Of a DNA stretch of 64,000 bases, positions 32,097 to 41,300 are shown piece by piece. Source of the stretch: Barthelona sp. PCE. Its lineage: Eukaryota. The stretch covers positions 1,550,001 through 1,614,000 of the forward strand of contig JAUFOR010000008.1 of the NCBI GenBank assembly GCA_040285745.1, given 5' to 3'. The notes below the pieces were generated by a model. The model was not told the DNA's origin. It did not search any database and saw only the letters and a list, made by a program, of their open reading frames with translations. The first letter of the stretch is position 1. Each line of letters starts with the position of its first letter. The position numbers were made by a program, and so were the translations under genes.

Positions 32097-34403
32097 CTAT
32101 AACATTACGCTGTATGCTTTGCGAAGGGAATTTGTAGAACCACCTTGACTCAGGTTAACTGATTGCCTCATCTTTGATTTAACCGACCTCAACGCACGAT
32201 TTGACAAATGCTCGTCAACGTTGGTCATGGACTGCGTGCGTGTCATCCTACGCATGTCTCTTTGCTCCAAGAGGAAGTTCAACATTGCTACCCACTCGTT
32301 CGCAATTCCTGGTTCGTCTGCTACCAAATCCAGGGTTCTTTCACGCGTCACAACACTGAAAGACTGCTGCTCACGCCCGCGTACACCTGAATTACGTGCA
32401 AAAACCTCAGTAGTTTGGCCTGATACGATGTTCAAAATTTCAGAAACAAAAAGAAAACTCTTTGCCAGATTCTTCTTAAAGTCTGATTCCTTGCCCCAAC
32501 ACAACATATCGTGCCCTTCTGAAAGCCATACATATCTTGTATTTGGATTTCCACGCATTCCATGCTTGATGAAGTGAGTGCCCTGTTCCATTGTTTTATA
32601 CAAATGCTGTTCGTGTTCGATACGCTGCCTTTCAACATACGCCTTCTCCTCGTTTCTCCTACGCTTCTCAGCTTTCTCACGTGCTTTGAACTTCATCTCA
32701 ATCTCGCGGTGTTTTTCGTCCTTCTTCTTCTGCTCTATAGCTTCCAACTGGCGTCTGCGCTCGTCTTCCACACTCTGCATCTCTTTACGAAGCTTATTAA
32801 GCTCAGATTCCTTCTTCATTCGAAGCTCAATTAACCTACGCTTCCTCTGGCGCTCGATACGTCTGCGACGGTCATCCTCTGCAGCCATGAGCGCAAGCTC
32901 GCGGCCCCTGCGCTTCTCTTGCATGCGCATGAACTCCCTGCGTTCTTTTGCCAATTTCCAGAGGGATCTTTCCTCGATCGCCTCCAGCGCCCTTTGACTA
33001 GCAAGCATCTCAATACGTCGTCTGTCCTCAGCGAACATTGCTACACGTTCTCTGGACTCGCATGCTTTTTCATGCTCTTCTCGCTTCCTGGATTCTTCAT
33101 CATTTTCTGCCATTGAATCTGCCTCTCTCATATACGCATTGCGGTTGTCATCTTCCTTCTGTCGGGACCAGGCATCAAGCTCCTCCATTTGCATACGCTC
33201 CTGCTCAATACGGTCTTTTCTGACACCTCTTTCGTCGATCAGTGTATTAACACACTTGTCTCTAGCATCGGCTATCTGCAAAGAGTATACCTCGTGGCGT
33301 ACGCGCTTCTTATCGGCCTCCTTGAGAACATTAAATCTATCTTCTACAACCAACTTACCACCGAACTCATGCTCCAACACAGGCCCAAGTGTTGAAAAAA
33401 ACTCACTTTCGATTTGCTGCTTAACATCAGTGTCATTGGGCAGGCCCAGTAGAGCGTCGCCGTTGGCAGCAGCGTACCCATCAAATAAATCCAAGATACG
33501 CTGCAAAACAACGGAACCATACTGATCAAGAACCGAAAGTGTCACTTCGTCAAAGACGCGTGCTACAGTAGCCTTCCTCTGCTCCTCCAGCTCCTTTTCC
33601 TTGGCGAGGAAGGGCTTCCACAGCTTCATGCTCTCCTCTTCCCGTGCCTTTCTCTCTGCAGCTACCTCACTGTTCTTCATCATTTGTAATCGTTGACTGT
33701 TGATAAAATTGTCTGTTTTCGTCTGTAGTGAGTGCAAGAACACCTTTTGCTCCCGGTCTCGGTCCTCCTTCTGCGACTGCAACATTGTGTCCATGAGCTC
33801 ACTGTACAAACCCTTCAAACTATCCATCTCCTTGTTGCTCTCCTTCAGCACCTCGTTGGCACGCTGCCTGATTGTTTCTGTAGCGTTCTTCCTTGCCAGT
33901 TCTCGTACACGCTCCATTCTACTCTCGTACTGTTGCAGATTCTCCTGGACAAGAGAGTGTGTTGCGTATCCGTGTGCTCCCTGTGACTCTTTAGCTCTTG
34001 TTGAAACGATGTCTTTAAGCTCATCACGAGCCAGAGCACGCTTTTCAGCTAAATTGATGGATGAATTGATCAATGTGGAATATGTCGACAACGCAGCATA
34101 TTTCTCGTTCGAGGACCCGTTCTTCAGGACATTGTCGAACGATGGCTCACTGTACAGAGACTGAATTTGGTCTATACGACGAGTCTTCCTTTTCTTCCTT
34201 CGCTTTTGAGTTTTTTGTGTGAGTGAAGGTGATAACGGTACTTTATCGTTGGGTACTCGGTGCATTGTCGCTGTCAATGTGCTTTTTAATCGACTTACAC
34301 TTGGCGATTTTTTGAAGTGGGGTTTGGATATCTCCCTGCGATATTCGCCCTTATTCTTGAGTGCTCCCTCCGAATCTGTCCGTAGAGTGTCAAAAATTGA
34401 CAT
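32097..34403 (-). CDS. Coiled-coil protein with C-terminal PH domain (PLC/Mcp5-type)
   Basis: Long E/K/R-rich coiled coil; GTHFIKHG.RG.P..R, GQTTEVF, SFSVV..RTLDL.A...EW. Confidence 0.8.
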   Translation of the reverse strand: MSIFDTLRTDSEGALKNKGEYRREISKPHFKKSPSVSRLKSTLTATMHRVPNDKVPLSPSLTQKTQKRRKKRKTRRIDQIQSLYSEPSFDNVLKNGSSNEKYAALSTYSTLINSSINLAEKRALARDELKDIVSTRAKESQGAHGYATHSLVQENLQQYESRMERVRELARKNATETIRQRANEVLKESNKEMDSLKGLYSELMDTMLQSQKEDRDREQKVFLHSLQTKTDNFINSQRLQMMKNSEVAAERKAREEESMKLWKPFLAKEKELEEQRKATVARVFDEVTLSVLDQYGSVVLQRILDLFDGYAAANGDALLGLPNDTDVKQQIESEFFSTLGPVLEHEFGGKLVVEDRFNVLKEADKKRVRHEVYSLQIADARDKCVNTLIDERGVRKDRIEQERMQMEELDAWSRQKEDDNRNAYMREADSMAENDEESRKREEHEKACESRERVAMFAEDRRRIEMLASQRALEAIEERSLWKLAKERREFMRMQEKRRGRELALMAAEDDRRRRIERQRKRRLIELRMKKESELNKLRKEMQSVEDERRRQLEAIEQKKKDEKHREIEMKFKAREKAEKRRRNEEKAYVERQRIEHEQHLYKTMEQGTHFIKHGMRGNPNTRYVWLSEGHDMLCWGKESDFKKNLAKSFLFVSEILNIVSGQTTEVFARNSGVRGREQQSFSVVTRERTLDLVADEPGIANEWVAMLNFLLEQRDMRRMTRTQSMTNVDEHLSNRALRSVKSKMRQSVNLSQGGSTNSLRKAYSVML

Positions 34404-34471
34404 CAACAAGACGAAATTATGTGGAAACGGCAGATAATAAAAAAAACATTAATTTACTTCTTTAATAATTG

Positions 34472-35944
34472 TTAATCTTCATCATCAACGACCAGTTTGC
34501 TCAGTACTTCTTCAACTGTGCACTCGTTAACCACAAAATCAAACTCTTCAGCGGTCTCTCTCATCAAACTGTTTGTCTCACCATCAACAAATGTAAAGAC
34601 AAATCCATCGTAACCGAATCGACCACATCGGCCTGCACGGTGTACGTATTCCTGATGAGGGTCTGTTACTCCTTCAATTACGGGTGGGAAATTTAAGTTG
34701 ATAACGTGTGACACAGAAACGTTATCGTATCCTCTGGCAATCATAGATGAAGCAACAAGGACGTTGATGGTCTTATTTTGGAATTTCTCAATTGTCTGTT
34801 GCCTCTCTTGTGGGGTAAGACTTCCGTGCATGACACCAACTGATGCTACAGTACCTAGCTCAGCACCAATTTGACGCGCCACGCTGTCTGCCTCACGTTT
34901 TCTGTTAACAAACACAATAACCTGATCGAAACTCAAAGATTGCAAAAAAATTCGGATGTTTGCAATTTTCTGAGTCAAATCCGACTCTTGGATTGCAAAG
35001 TGTAGGATATTGGCGGGAACCTTCTGAACGTGCTTAAACAGACGGGGTTTGGAGCTCTTAAAGAGCGTCTGAATGAACGCCTTCACTTTCTTCGGGAATG
35101 TTGCGCTACTCAGAATAGTAAGGAAAGGAACCTGAGCGTAATTTACCTCCTCCTCGCGTGAGAAATCCGTTTTCTTGACGATTTCATCATTGCTGTAAAC
35201 ATGGGTAAGCATATCGTCGCGCTTCAATGCCCATCTTTGCTCAAGTGTATCTCTGATACGAAGTATGGATACACCCTGTCCTTCCTGTACCCTTGTGGAC
35301 GCGGTACGGCCGCCTCTACCTCTTCGGTTATTAGTTTTTGAACGAGTACCACGAGCCTCCTCCGACAGGAGCTCGTCCGCCTCGTCGATGATCATCATCT
35401 TAATATTGTTAATCGAGATAAGGCCACCCTCGATGCAATTGCGGATACCGCGTGCTGTTCCGACAATTATTCGTGCTGAAAAGCTCTCACTATGGCCAGA
35501 ACCATAACAAGTAGCGACCAATTTGTCCGAATTCTCAATCAGTGAGCCAAGTTCGCGCAGAACTGCAGCAACTTGGTCACATAACTGCTGGGTGTGACAG
35601 AAAATGAGAACTTGTGGTTGATCTACCTCAGGTCTCATCATTACGTATGAACAAAGACCGAACGTGATTGTTTTTCCCGATCCTGTAGGTGACTGTATGA
35701 CCCAACTGGTGTTTTTCTCAATAAATTTGGGAAGAATATTGGCTTGAGCAAAGGTAAGCGTTTGGATGTTGAACTTCGATACCATCGAGTCCCCCACGGC
35801 GGTTAAGTGTGGCGCCTGTGTACCAAGCAGTTCTTTAAACTCTGTGATTCCCATTTGTGAAAGATATTGTTCAGTGTCTTGCGTTCTCTTCGCTTTACGG
35901 CCGAAACCACCACTGCGTTGTTTGCTGATTCCTGATGAAGTCAT
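34472..35944 (-). CDS. DEAD-box RNA helicase, DBP5/DDX19-like
   Basis: Q motif, QSPTGSGKT, DEAD, SATF, ARGYD, HRAGRCGRFG. Confidence 0.85.
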   Translation of the reverse strand: MTSSGISKQRSGGFGRKAKRTQDTEQYLSQMGITEFKELLGTQAPHLTAVGDSMVSKFNIQTLTFAQANILPKFIEKNTSWVIQSPTGSGKTITFGLCSYVMMRPEVDQPQVLIFCHTQQLCDQVAAVLRELGSLIENSDKLVATCYGSGHSESFSARIIVGTARGIRNCIEGGLISINNIKMMIIDEADELLSEEARGTRSKTNNRRGRGGRTASTRVQEGQGVSILRIRDTLEQRWALKRDDMLTHVYSNDEIVKKTDFSREEEVNYAQVPFLTILSSATFPKKVKAFIQTLFKSSKPRLFKHVQKVPANILHFAIQESDLTQKIANIRIFLQSLSFDQVIVFVNRKREADSVARQIGAELGTVASVGVMHGSLTPQERQQTIEKFQNKTINVLVASSMIARGYDNVSVSHVINLNFPPVIEGVTDPHQEYVHRAGRCGRFGYDGFVFTFVDGETNSLMRETAEEFDFVVNECTVEEVLSKLVVDDED

Positions 35945-36015
35945 TCAAAATCAATGAAACGAAGTATAAGGGAAGAAAAATGCTAAGCAAAAAAAATTCA
36001 TAACCGCCAAAACAA

Positions 36016-36972
36016 TTAGCGAAGTTTTACATTCTCATACTCAAACGTGGGTGGTACTTGACCCTCATGTAAAGCCATCCAAGCAATCTTTGCTGCACCC
36101 CAGGCTGCTGTGTCTTTCAAGAAAACAATAGATCCTTCATATGATATATGCATTTTAAACAGGTCAAATGAATTCCAGACGGAGCCCACTGCAACTAATG
36201 TGTCGAATGGATGTTGTTTAAGTAGCAACTTTATAAGTACATCCAGCTCCTTACCTAATTCCTCAAATCTATACGTTAGATACTCACTTTCGCTGGCTAA
36301 CGGGGCCATCTTGCCACACAAACTAGCAATATGGGACTTATTAAAGTGATGATAGAATTGATCTACAATGTCATGCCTGGTTACCGCATCAAAATGGTTC
36401 ATGACAGTCTCTACAACAACACTGTCGAGCGGAATCGGGTGCTCGTAGCCGTCCATGCGCATGCAAACATCCTTAACGATCTTCTGTGCAAGAGAATATG
36501 CGCAGGCGTCCTCCCATATCAAATGACCAAATCCACTAGCTGTGGCAACAACAAAGTCCCCCGTAGCGATGCGTGAGAGATCGACGGTCCTGCCACAGGA
36601 TCCTGAACCTGCAATAAGCACAGCTCCAACACTGTTTGTGACTGTTGCTGCTCCTCCGACTGCATCGTTAATGAGCGATACTTGGAGCTCGTCGTCTGCA
36701 AATATGGTGCGTAAGGCGTTTACCATCGCTATACGGTTCTTCTCACCCTCAACTCCACTTAAACAACCTCCAATAGCCTTTAAAAGGTATTGTTTGTTTG
36801 TTGAAAGAGTATTGTACAGATCGTGGAAAAGGTTTGCTGTGTTTTCGAAGCCCTCAAGATAAGGATTGCTGCCCTTTGCAACTTTCACTTCCCCAAGCTT
36901 CTCCATTTGCATATCACATAGTATGGCCTTTGTATTTGACGCTCCGCCTTCAATTGCAAGGATAACTTCCAT
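36016..36972 (-). CDS. NAGK: N-acetylglucosamine kinase (BadF/BadG/BcrA family)
   Basis: IEGGASNT, LSG, INDA, LIAGSGS, GFGHL, VGSVWNS. Confidence 0.88.
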   Translation of the reverse strand: MEVILAIEGGASNTKAILCDMQMEKLGEVKVAKGSNPYLEGFENTANLFHDLYNTLSTNKQYLLKAIGGCLSGVEGEKNRIAMVNALRTIFADDELQVSLINDAVGGAATVTNSVGAVLIAGSGSCGRTVDLSRIATGDFVVATASGFGHLIWEDACAYSLAQKIVKDVCMRMDGYEHPIPLDSVVVETVMNHFDAVTRHDIVDQFYHHFNKSHIASLCGKMAPLASESEYLTYRFEELGKELDVLIKLLLKQHPFDTLVAVGSVWNSFDLFKMHISYEGSIVFLKDTAAWGAAKIAWMALHEGQVPPTFEYENVKLR

Positions 36973-37045
36973 TTAAAAAGGTCGATAGAGGTAAAAAATC
37001 CAAACACCTTCTCAACAAGGAAAAAAAGCATTTATTACTATTAAT

Positions 37046-37537
37046 CTAATAAAAGAACTTGTCGTGATAACGTGCGACATCCTTCATCTGAGAGATAAGA
37101 TCCTTCCCGGGTTTGAGGAAAGTGAAAATATCATCCAAAGCTTCGCGACCAATAGCCATTGAATAACCGCAGTCAAGACACATTGCTTGTCTAATAACAA
37201 TCTTTGCGTCAGTACGAATTTCACCAATCTCAACTGTGTCTTCGTTATGGCTTTCCCATATTGAACCTTTCTCGCTATCAAACGATACACCATATCCAGC
37301 GAACTTTAGACCGAGGTGGAAGCTTGAATATTCGTAGCTCGTCTTAACTAAGACAATCTTAACTTTTTGCTTGGTGATTACATTGCCCTTGTATTCAAAC
37401 AATGGTGGTCCATCGTTAAATACATAGAAATTATGTGCTCCATATTTACCGACAGGGCAACGCGGAGGTTGGAAATACCCATTAGTTCTGATAAAGGCTG
37501 TTGTGAACAGCAAAAAAAATATGACAGTAAGTTTCAT
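37046..37537 (-). CDS. Hypothetical secreted protein
   Basis: Signal-peptide-like MKLTVIFFLLFTTAF. Confidence 0.55.
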   Translation of the reverse strand: MKLTVIFFLLFTTAFIRTNGYFQPPRCPVGKYGAHNFYVFNDGPPLFEYKGNVITKQKVKIVLVKTSYEYSSFHLGLKFAGYGVSFDSEKGSIWESHNEDTVEIGEIRTDAKIVIRQAMCLDCGYSMAIGREALDDIFTFLKPGKDLISQMKDVARYHDKFFY

Positions 37538-38367
37538 GCTTATTAAAGAATTTTTCAATAAAAGAGATGTGGAACAGGAAATTTGTAATAGTAGAGCTGA
37601 AGTAAGCTGATATTGGGAATATATCCTAATGCATATTAATATTAACAGTACCAGGTTATCCTTACAAATACATGGTGTCTCTCATCCATGACATTCGTGT
37701 AATTGAATGTTTTTTTGCAATAGAACCATATAACGCAGTAGAATATTCATCTTTTGGAACTAGCTAGAATTTATCTTTGAAAATCTGCAAAATGAACTAA
37801 AGCCTATCTAATAAAATCGCATTTGAAGTTAAAAATGACATTAAACTTTGTTCAAAATACCTGTTCAAAAAAAAATATGGAATCTTTTCTTTACTATATT
37901 TTTATATCGTCCATTGGAGTTGAATATGGTCTAAAACAAGCTGTTTTTTACGGAACAAGTGAAAAATGCTTTATGGAGATATATAAGAATTTGTTCTTCG
38001 AGAATAGTACGTATTTGATTAATATTCGTGCTTTTTTTGTTACAATGTCATGTTGATTGGATGATGAAATGTTTCACTACTCAAAAAGAACTATCCTCAA
38101 TTGAATACCACCATTACACAGGATACATTGATCATTTCCCATGTTATAAAACTCATTGCACCACGTTAATACCATGAAAGCAGTAAATAATACACTTCCC
38201 AAAAAGCTCACTGAAAAATCAGCTATTTACACGTTTACACATCATTCATTCACGATTTGTGGTTGCGCAAGAATAGACAGGCTCATGATAAAAAGCCTTG
38301 TGTGCGAATAGGACAGCAAACATCCGCTTTCCATTTTCAACCCTACTTCAATCAGTACAACTTCCAA

Positions 38368-38826
38368 ATGGCTAAAAATCAACTCTCAATCAAGCTCAAG
38401 AAGGGGGCTAGAATCTCAATTCCCACAAAAGGAAAGAAGAAAAAACCGGTTGCTCAACAATCTCAAAAGTCCAAGCTTTCCCCTGTTAAAAAACAGAAAA
38501 GTATCAAAACTTCCGTTGGAAACGTTAGCAAGAAGATCAAAGTTAAGAAAACAGTGAAAGAACAACCAAAAGTGAAACTTTCTTTTCTTAACAACAAGAC
38601 AGTTATTCGTCTGAAGACCAAAGCCAAGCCCGTCCCCAAACCCGTGTCTAAACCAAGACCAGTTAAGCCGGTTTCGAATAACAAGAAAGCAAACATCTTT
38701 GCTGTATATAACATCACAGCTTCAAACATCAAACACCGTCAATACCCACCTGTTGCCATACCCACCGGCAACCACACCCGTCAGATAACCCATAGAAATA
38801 GCTCAAATACCATAGCATTTTGGTAA
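38368..38826 (+). CDS. Lys-rich basic low-complexity protein
   Basis: ATG 38368; K/P/V-rich; ends 1 nt from the stop of the convergent gene. Confidence 0.55.
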   Translation: MAKNQLSIKLKKGARISIPTKGKKKKPVAQQSQKSKLSPVKKQKSIKTSVGNVSKKIKVKKTVKEQPKVKLSFLNNKTVIRLKTKAKPVPKPVSKPRPVKPVSNNKKANIFAVYNITASNIKHRQYPPVAIPTGNHTRQITHRNSSNTIAFW

Positions 38827-38827
38827 G

Positions 38828-40219
38828 TTATTCTTTACTATTCTTCAAAAAATTGTAACCCTTTTTAACTATATCTAGTGCGTTTTCGTGAAAACTGTAC
38901 GGAACAGATAGATTAACAGTAAATCCTTTGAGATGATGCAGTTTAGATGGTCGTATACATGATAAATGTAAGCACCGTAAGATTGGAGGATATACACTCG
39001 TATATCCCTTTAAAACCCAGGTATTTTGGCAGGGCAACTGGCATTCTGAACATTTTAAACTGCTCTCAGTTTCAACAAACGTAACGTTCATAACATTCAC
39101 CTCTTTTTCTTCTTCTTTCTCTTCCTTCTTCTTTGTACGATCTTCATCCTGCGGAAGATCGATGTGAAATGTCTGCATAATACCCTTTTCAGTGCAGTAC
39201 TCCTTATACTCATCAATCCAGATGGTTAACTGCTGTCGGAATTCTACATCAAACATGCCAAACATTTGGTACAGACGGCGCAGCAACTCTGCGAATATCG
39301 ACGGCCGAACCGCGTCCTCCTCGAAAGATGCGCGGCATAGTGGGCACACTGGCTTGTTAGTGGCTTCCGACATGAATGATACACAGCGCTCACAGTACAC
39401 GTGCTGACAAGGTAACATAACAGGCGATATATATGGGTGCATGCATATGCAGCACCTGCAGCACTCCTGCAATGAATCGAGTACAAGCTTTGATATTTGT
39501 TCACGTTCTTTAGTGTGAATTGTTACTGCCTTCCTGCTGTTTTTGAGGAAAGTTATTCTTTTTGACAGAATATCCATCTTTTGTGTGTTTACGCGCGCCT
39601 CTTTCCGCATCTCTGTTACTCTTTGCAGTAAATTTTCCTCATTTTCAGCCGTTTTCTGTAACTTCTCCTGCACATCTGAAAAAGTACGTTTAACGTCGCT
39701 GTATGGATCTATCACAACCGGTATCTCAACATAATCTGGGTGCCCATCCCCGCTAAACAGGCGAAAAGCTATTGTGAGATCGTCGTGGGCCGATGCAGGT
39801 GTGAACAGTATGGTCTGATCTGTTATGGCAACAGGCGCATGGCTATAGACACGCACATGATCCCCGTTCGCTGCCGTAACGTATGTCCCTGAGTGTGAGC
39901 ATTCATCGAACAGCAACAGATCGTGCTCTTTGGTAAGCAACACAGAAGCATGCACACGAGATATATACTTATATATGGAAGGTAAGGCGATATTATTTCC
40001 TTTATGGCGCCCTATGAACAGCCGTTTACCATAAAATTCTTTGGAAAACGGAATAAAGAAGCCCAATCGTCTTTTACCGGAATTTTTCTCTTGCAATAAC
40101 AGGAATCCCTCCTTGTTTGTGTGTTTTTTGTGCCGCCTGTCGTATTCTAAGGACATTGTAGCATTGTAAAGAGGTCTTAAAAAGCGAAACATTATTACTC
40201 TAATATCACACAATCTCAT
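38828..40219 (-). CDS. FHA-coiled coil-RING E3 ligase (RNF8/CHFR-like) with a C-terminal Zn finger
   Basis: FHA (IGR...ISRVHA...SHSGTYV), RING (CCIC...PCQHVYCERC...CPLCR), C-terminal CSEC...HLSC. Confidence 0.85.
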   Translation of the reverse strand: MRLCDIRVIMFRFLRPLYNATMSLEYDRRHKKHTNKEGFLLLQEKNSGKRRLGFFIPFSKEFYGKRLFIGRHKGNNIALPSIYKYISRVHASVLLTKEHDLLLFDECSHSGTYVTAANGDHVRVYSHAPVAITDQTILFTPASAHDDLTIAFRLFSGDGHPDYVEIPVVIDPYSDVKRTFSDVQEKLQKTAENEENLLQRVTEMRKEARVNTQKMDILSKRITFLKNSRKAVTIHTKEREQISKLVLDSLQECCRCCICMHPYISPVMLPCQHVYCERCVSFMSEATNKPVCPLCRASFEEDAVRPSIFAELLRRLYQMFGMFDVEFRQQLTIWIDEYKEYCTEKGIMQTFHIDLPQDEDRTKKKEEKEEEKEVNVMNVTFVETESSLKCSECQLPCQNTWVLKGYTSVYPPILRCLHLSCIRPSKLHHLKGFTVNLSVPYSFHENALDIVKKGYNFLKNSKE

Positions 40220-40352
40220 TGACCCCTACAGCTAACCTACAATCTTGGTGTAGAACTACTTGTTGCAAAAGTCAAGAAAAGTTTTCATAACTACAATGTT
40301 TATATAAAACTCTTCCTTTTCATGTTGGCAGTACTTCATTGAATATCTCAAA

Positions 40353-41279
40353 ATGCCCAGGGTCTTACAAGAACAAGATGAACCTTATGAAAGGAAAGTT
40401 ATTTGTTTCGATAGAGTACAAACTTTAACTGTAGACAGTTCATTTGATTACAAAACGCACTTACACGATGAAAATACATGTGTGTATAATGTGGGAACAA
40501 GCATTGCAGATATGCAACACTTTATATATTGGGTTCTGAGTGATATTTGCATAATTTATGTTTTTTCAACCGAATTGGGCCATTTACATAACGTTCGTCT
40601 CAATTTTAACCCAACATTAGGACGCCCAATCCCTTATCTAATTAGTAGTATGTATTATATGTTATATTTCCCACATAAATGTTATGTCGTTTATGATGAA
40701 GCTGCAACGCCACTGTATGTGCGCGATTTGGATGAAAGAGAGCATATTATCGGCATTGATGACGATGAAATATATACTTTTCGGGCACATTTTCCTTCAC
40801 AAATTATAGCTTATGATAAAGAATGGGAGTACGATGAAGAGACTCTCGTCATCAACTGGGCGTGTCCTGCTGATATCATCCCCGGTTACTCACAGATATT
40901 GAAGCATTACACAATAGCCGTTGAAAATGGCACGATTAAGTCACTAAATTTCCGCAGTATGAACACAAATGAATGGAAGAATCAGTTACCGCGACCCTGT
41001 GTTGTGGGAAAGTTCGACGCAAGTTATTTATTTGGGCTTAAAAACGATGAGTGTGTGTTGCTCCTTCTTGGTTCAAATGTTACAATTTTGCACATAAGCA
41101 ACAGTGAAGTGTGTGTATATACGGTGAAATGGTGCACCCATGTATTGGTTGAATGGCCGTATTTCATTTTTGAAGATTTTTCACATTTCCTTTCGCATAT
41201 TCACGGTTTTGAACTTGAAACAAACGGAAATGATCACAAAATAGAGATATCACTGCATTTTGACCCTCAAATTAGGTAA
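40353..41279 (+). CDS. Hypothetical beta-rich protein
   Basis: 308-aa ORF; no recognised motif. Confidence 0.6.
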   Translation: MPRVLQEQDEPYERKVICFDRVQTLTVDSSFDYKTHLHDENTCVYNVGTSIADMQHFIYWVLSDICIIYVFSTELGHLHNVRLNFNPTLGRPIPYLISSMYYMLYFPHKCYVVYDEAATPLYVRDLDEREHIIGIDDDEIYTFRAHFPSQIIAYDKEWEYDEETLVINWACPADIIPGYSQILKHYTIAVENGTIKSLNFRSMNTNEWKNQLPRPCVVGKFDASYLFGLKNDECVLLLLGSNVTILHISNSEVCVYTVKWCTHVLVEWPYFIFEDFSHFLSHIHGFELETNGNDHKIEISLHFDPQIR

Positions 41280-41300
41280 AAAATACAATTTGTTAAAATT

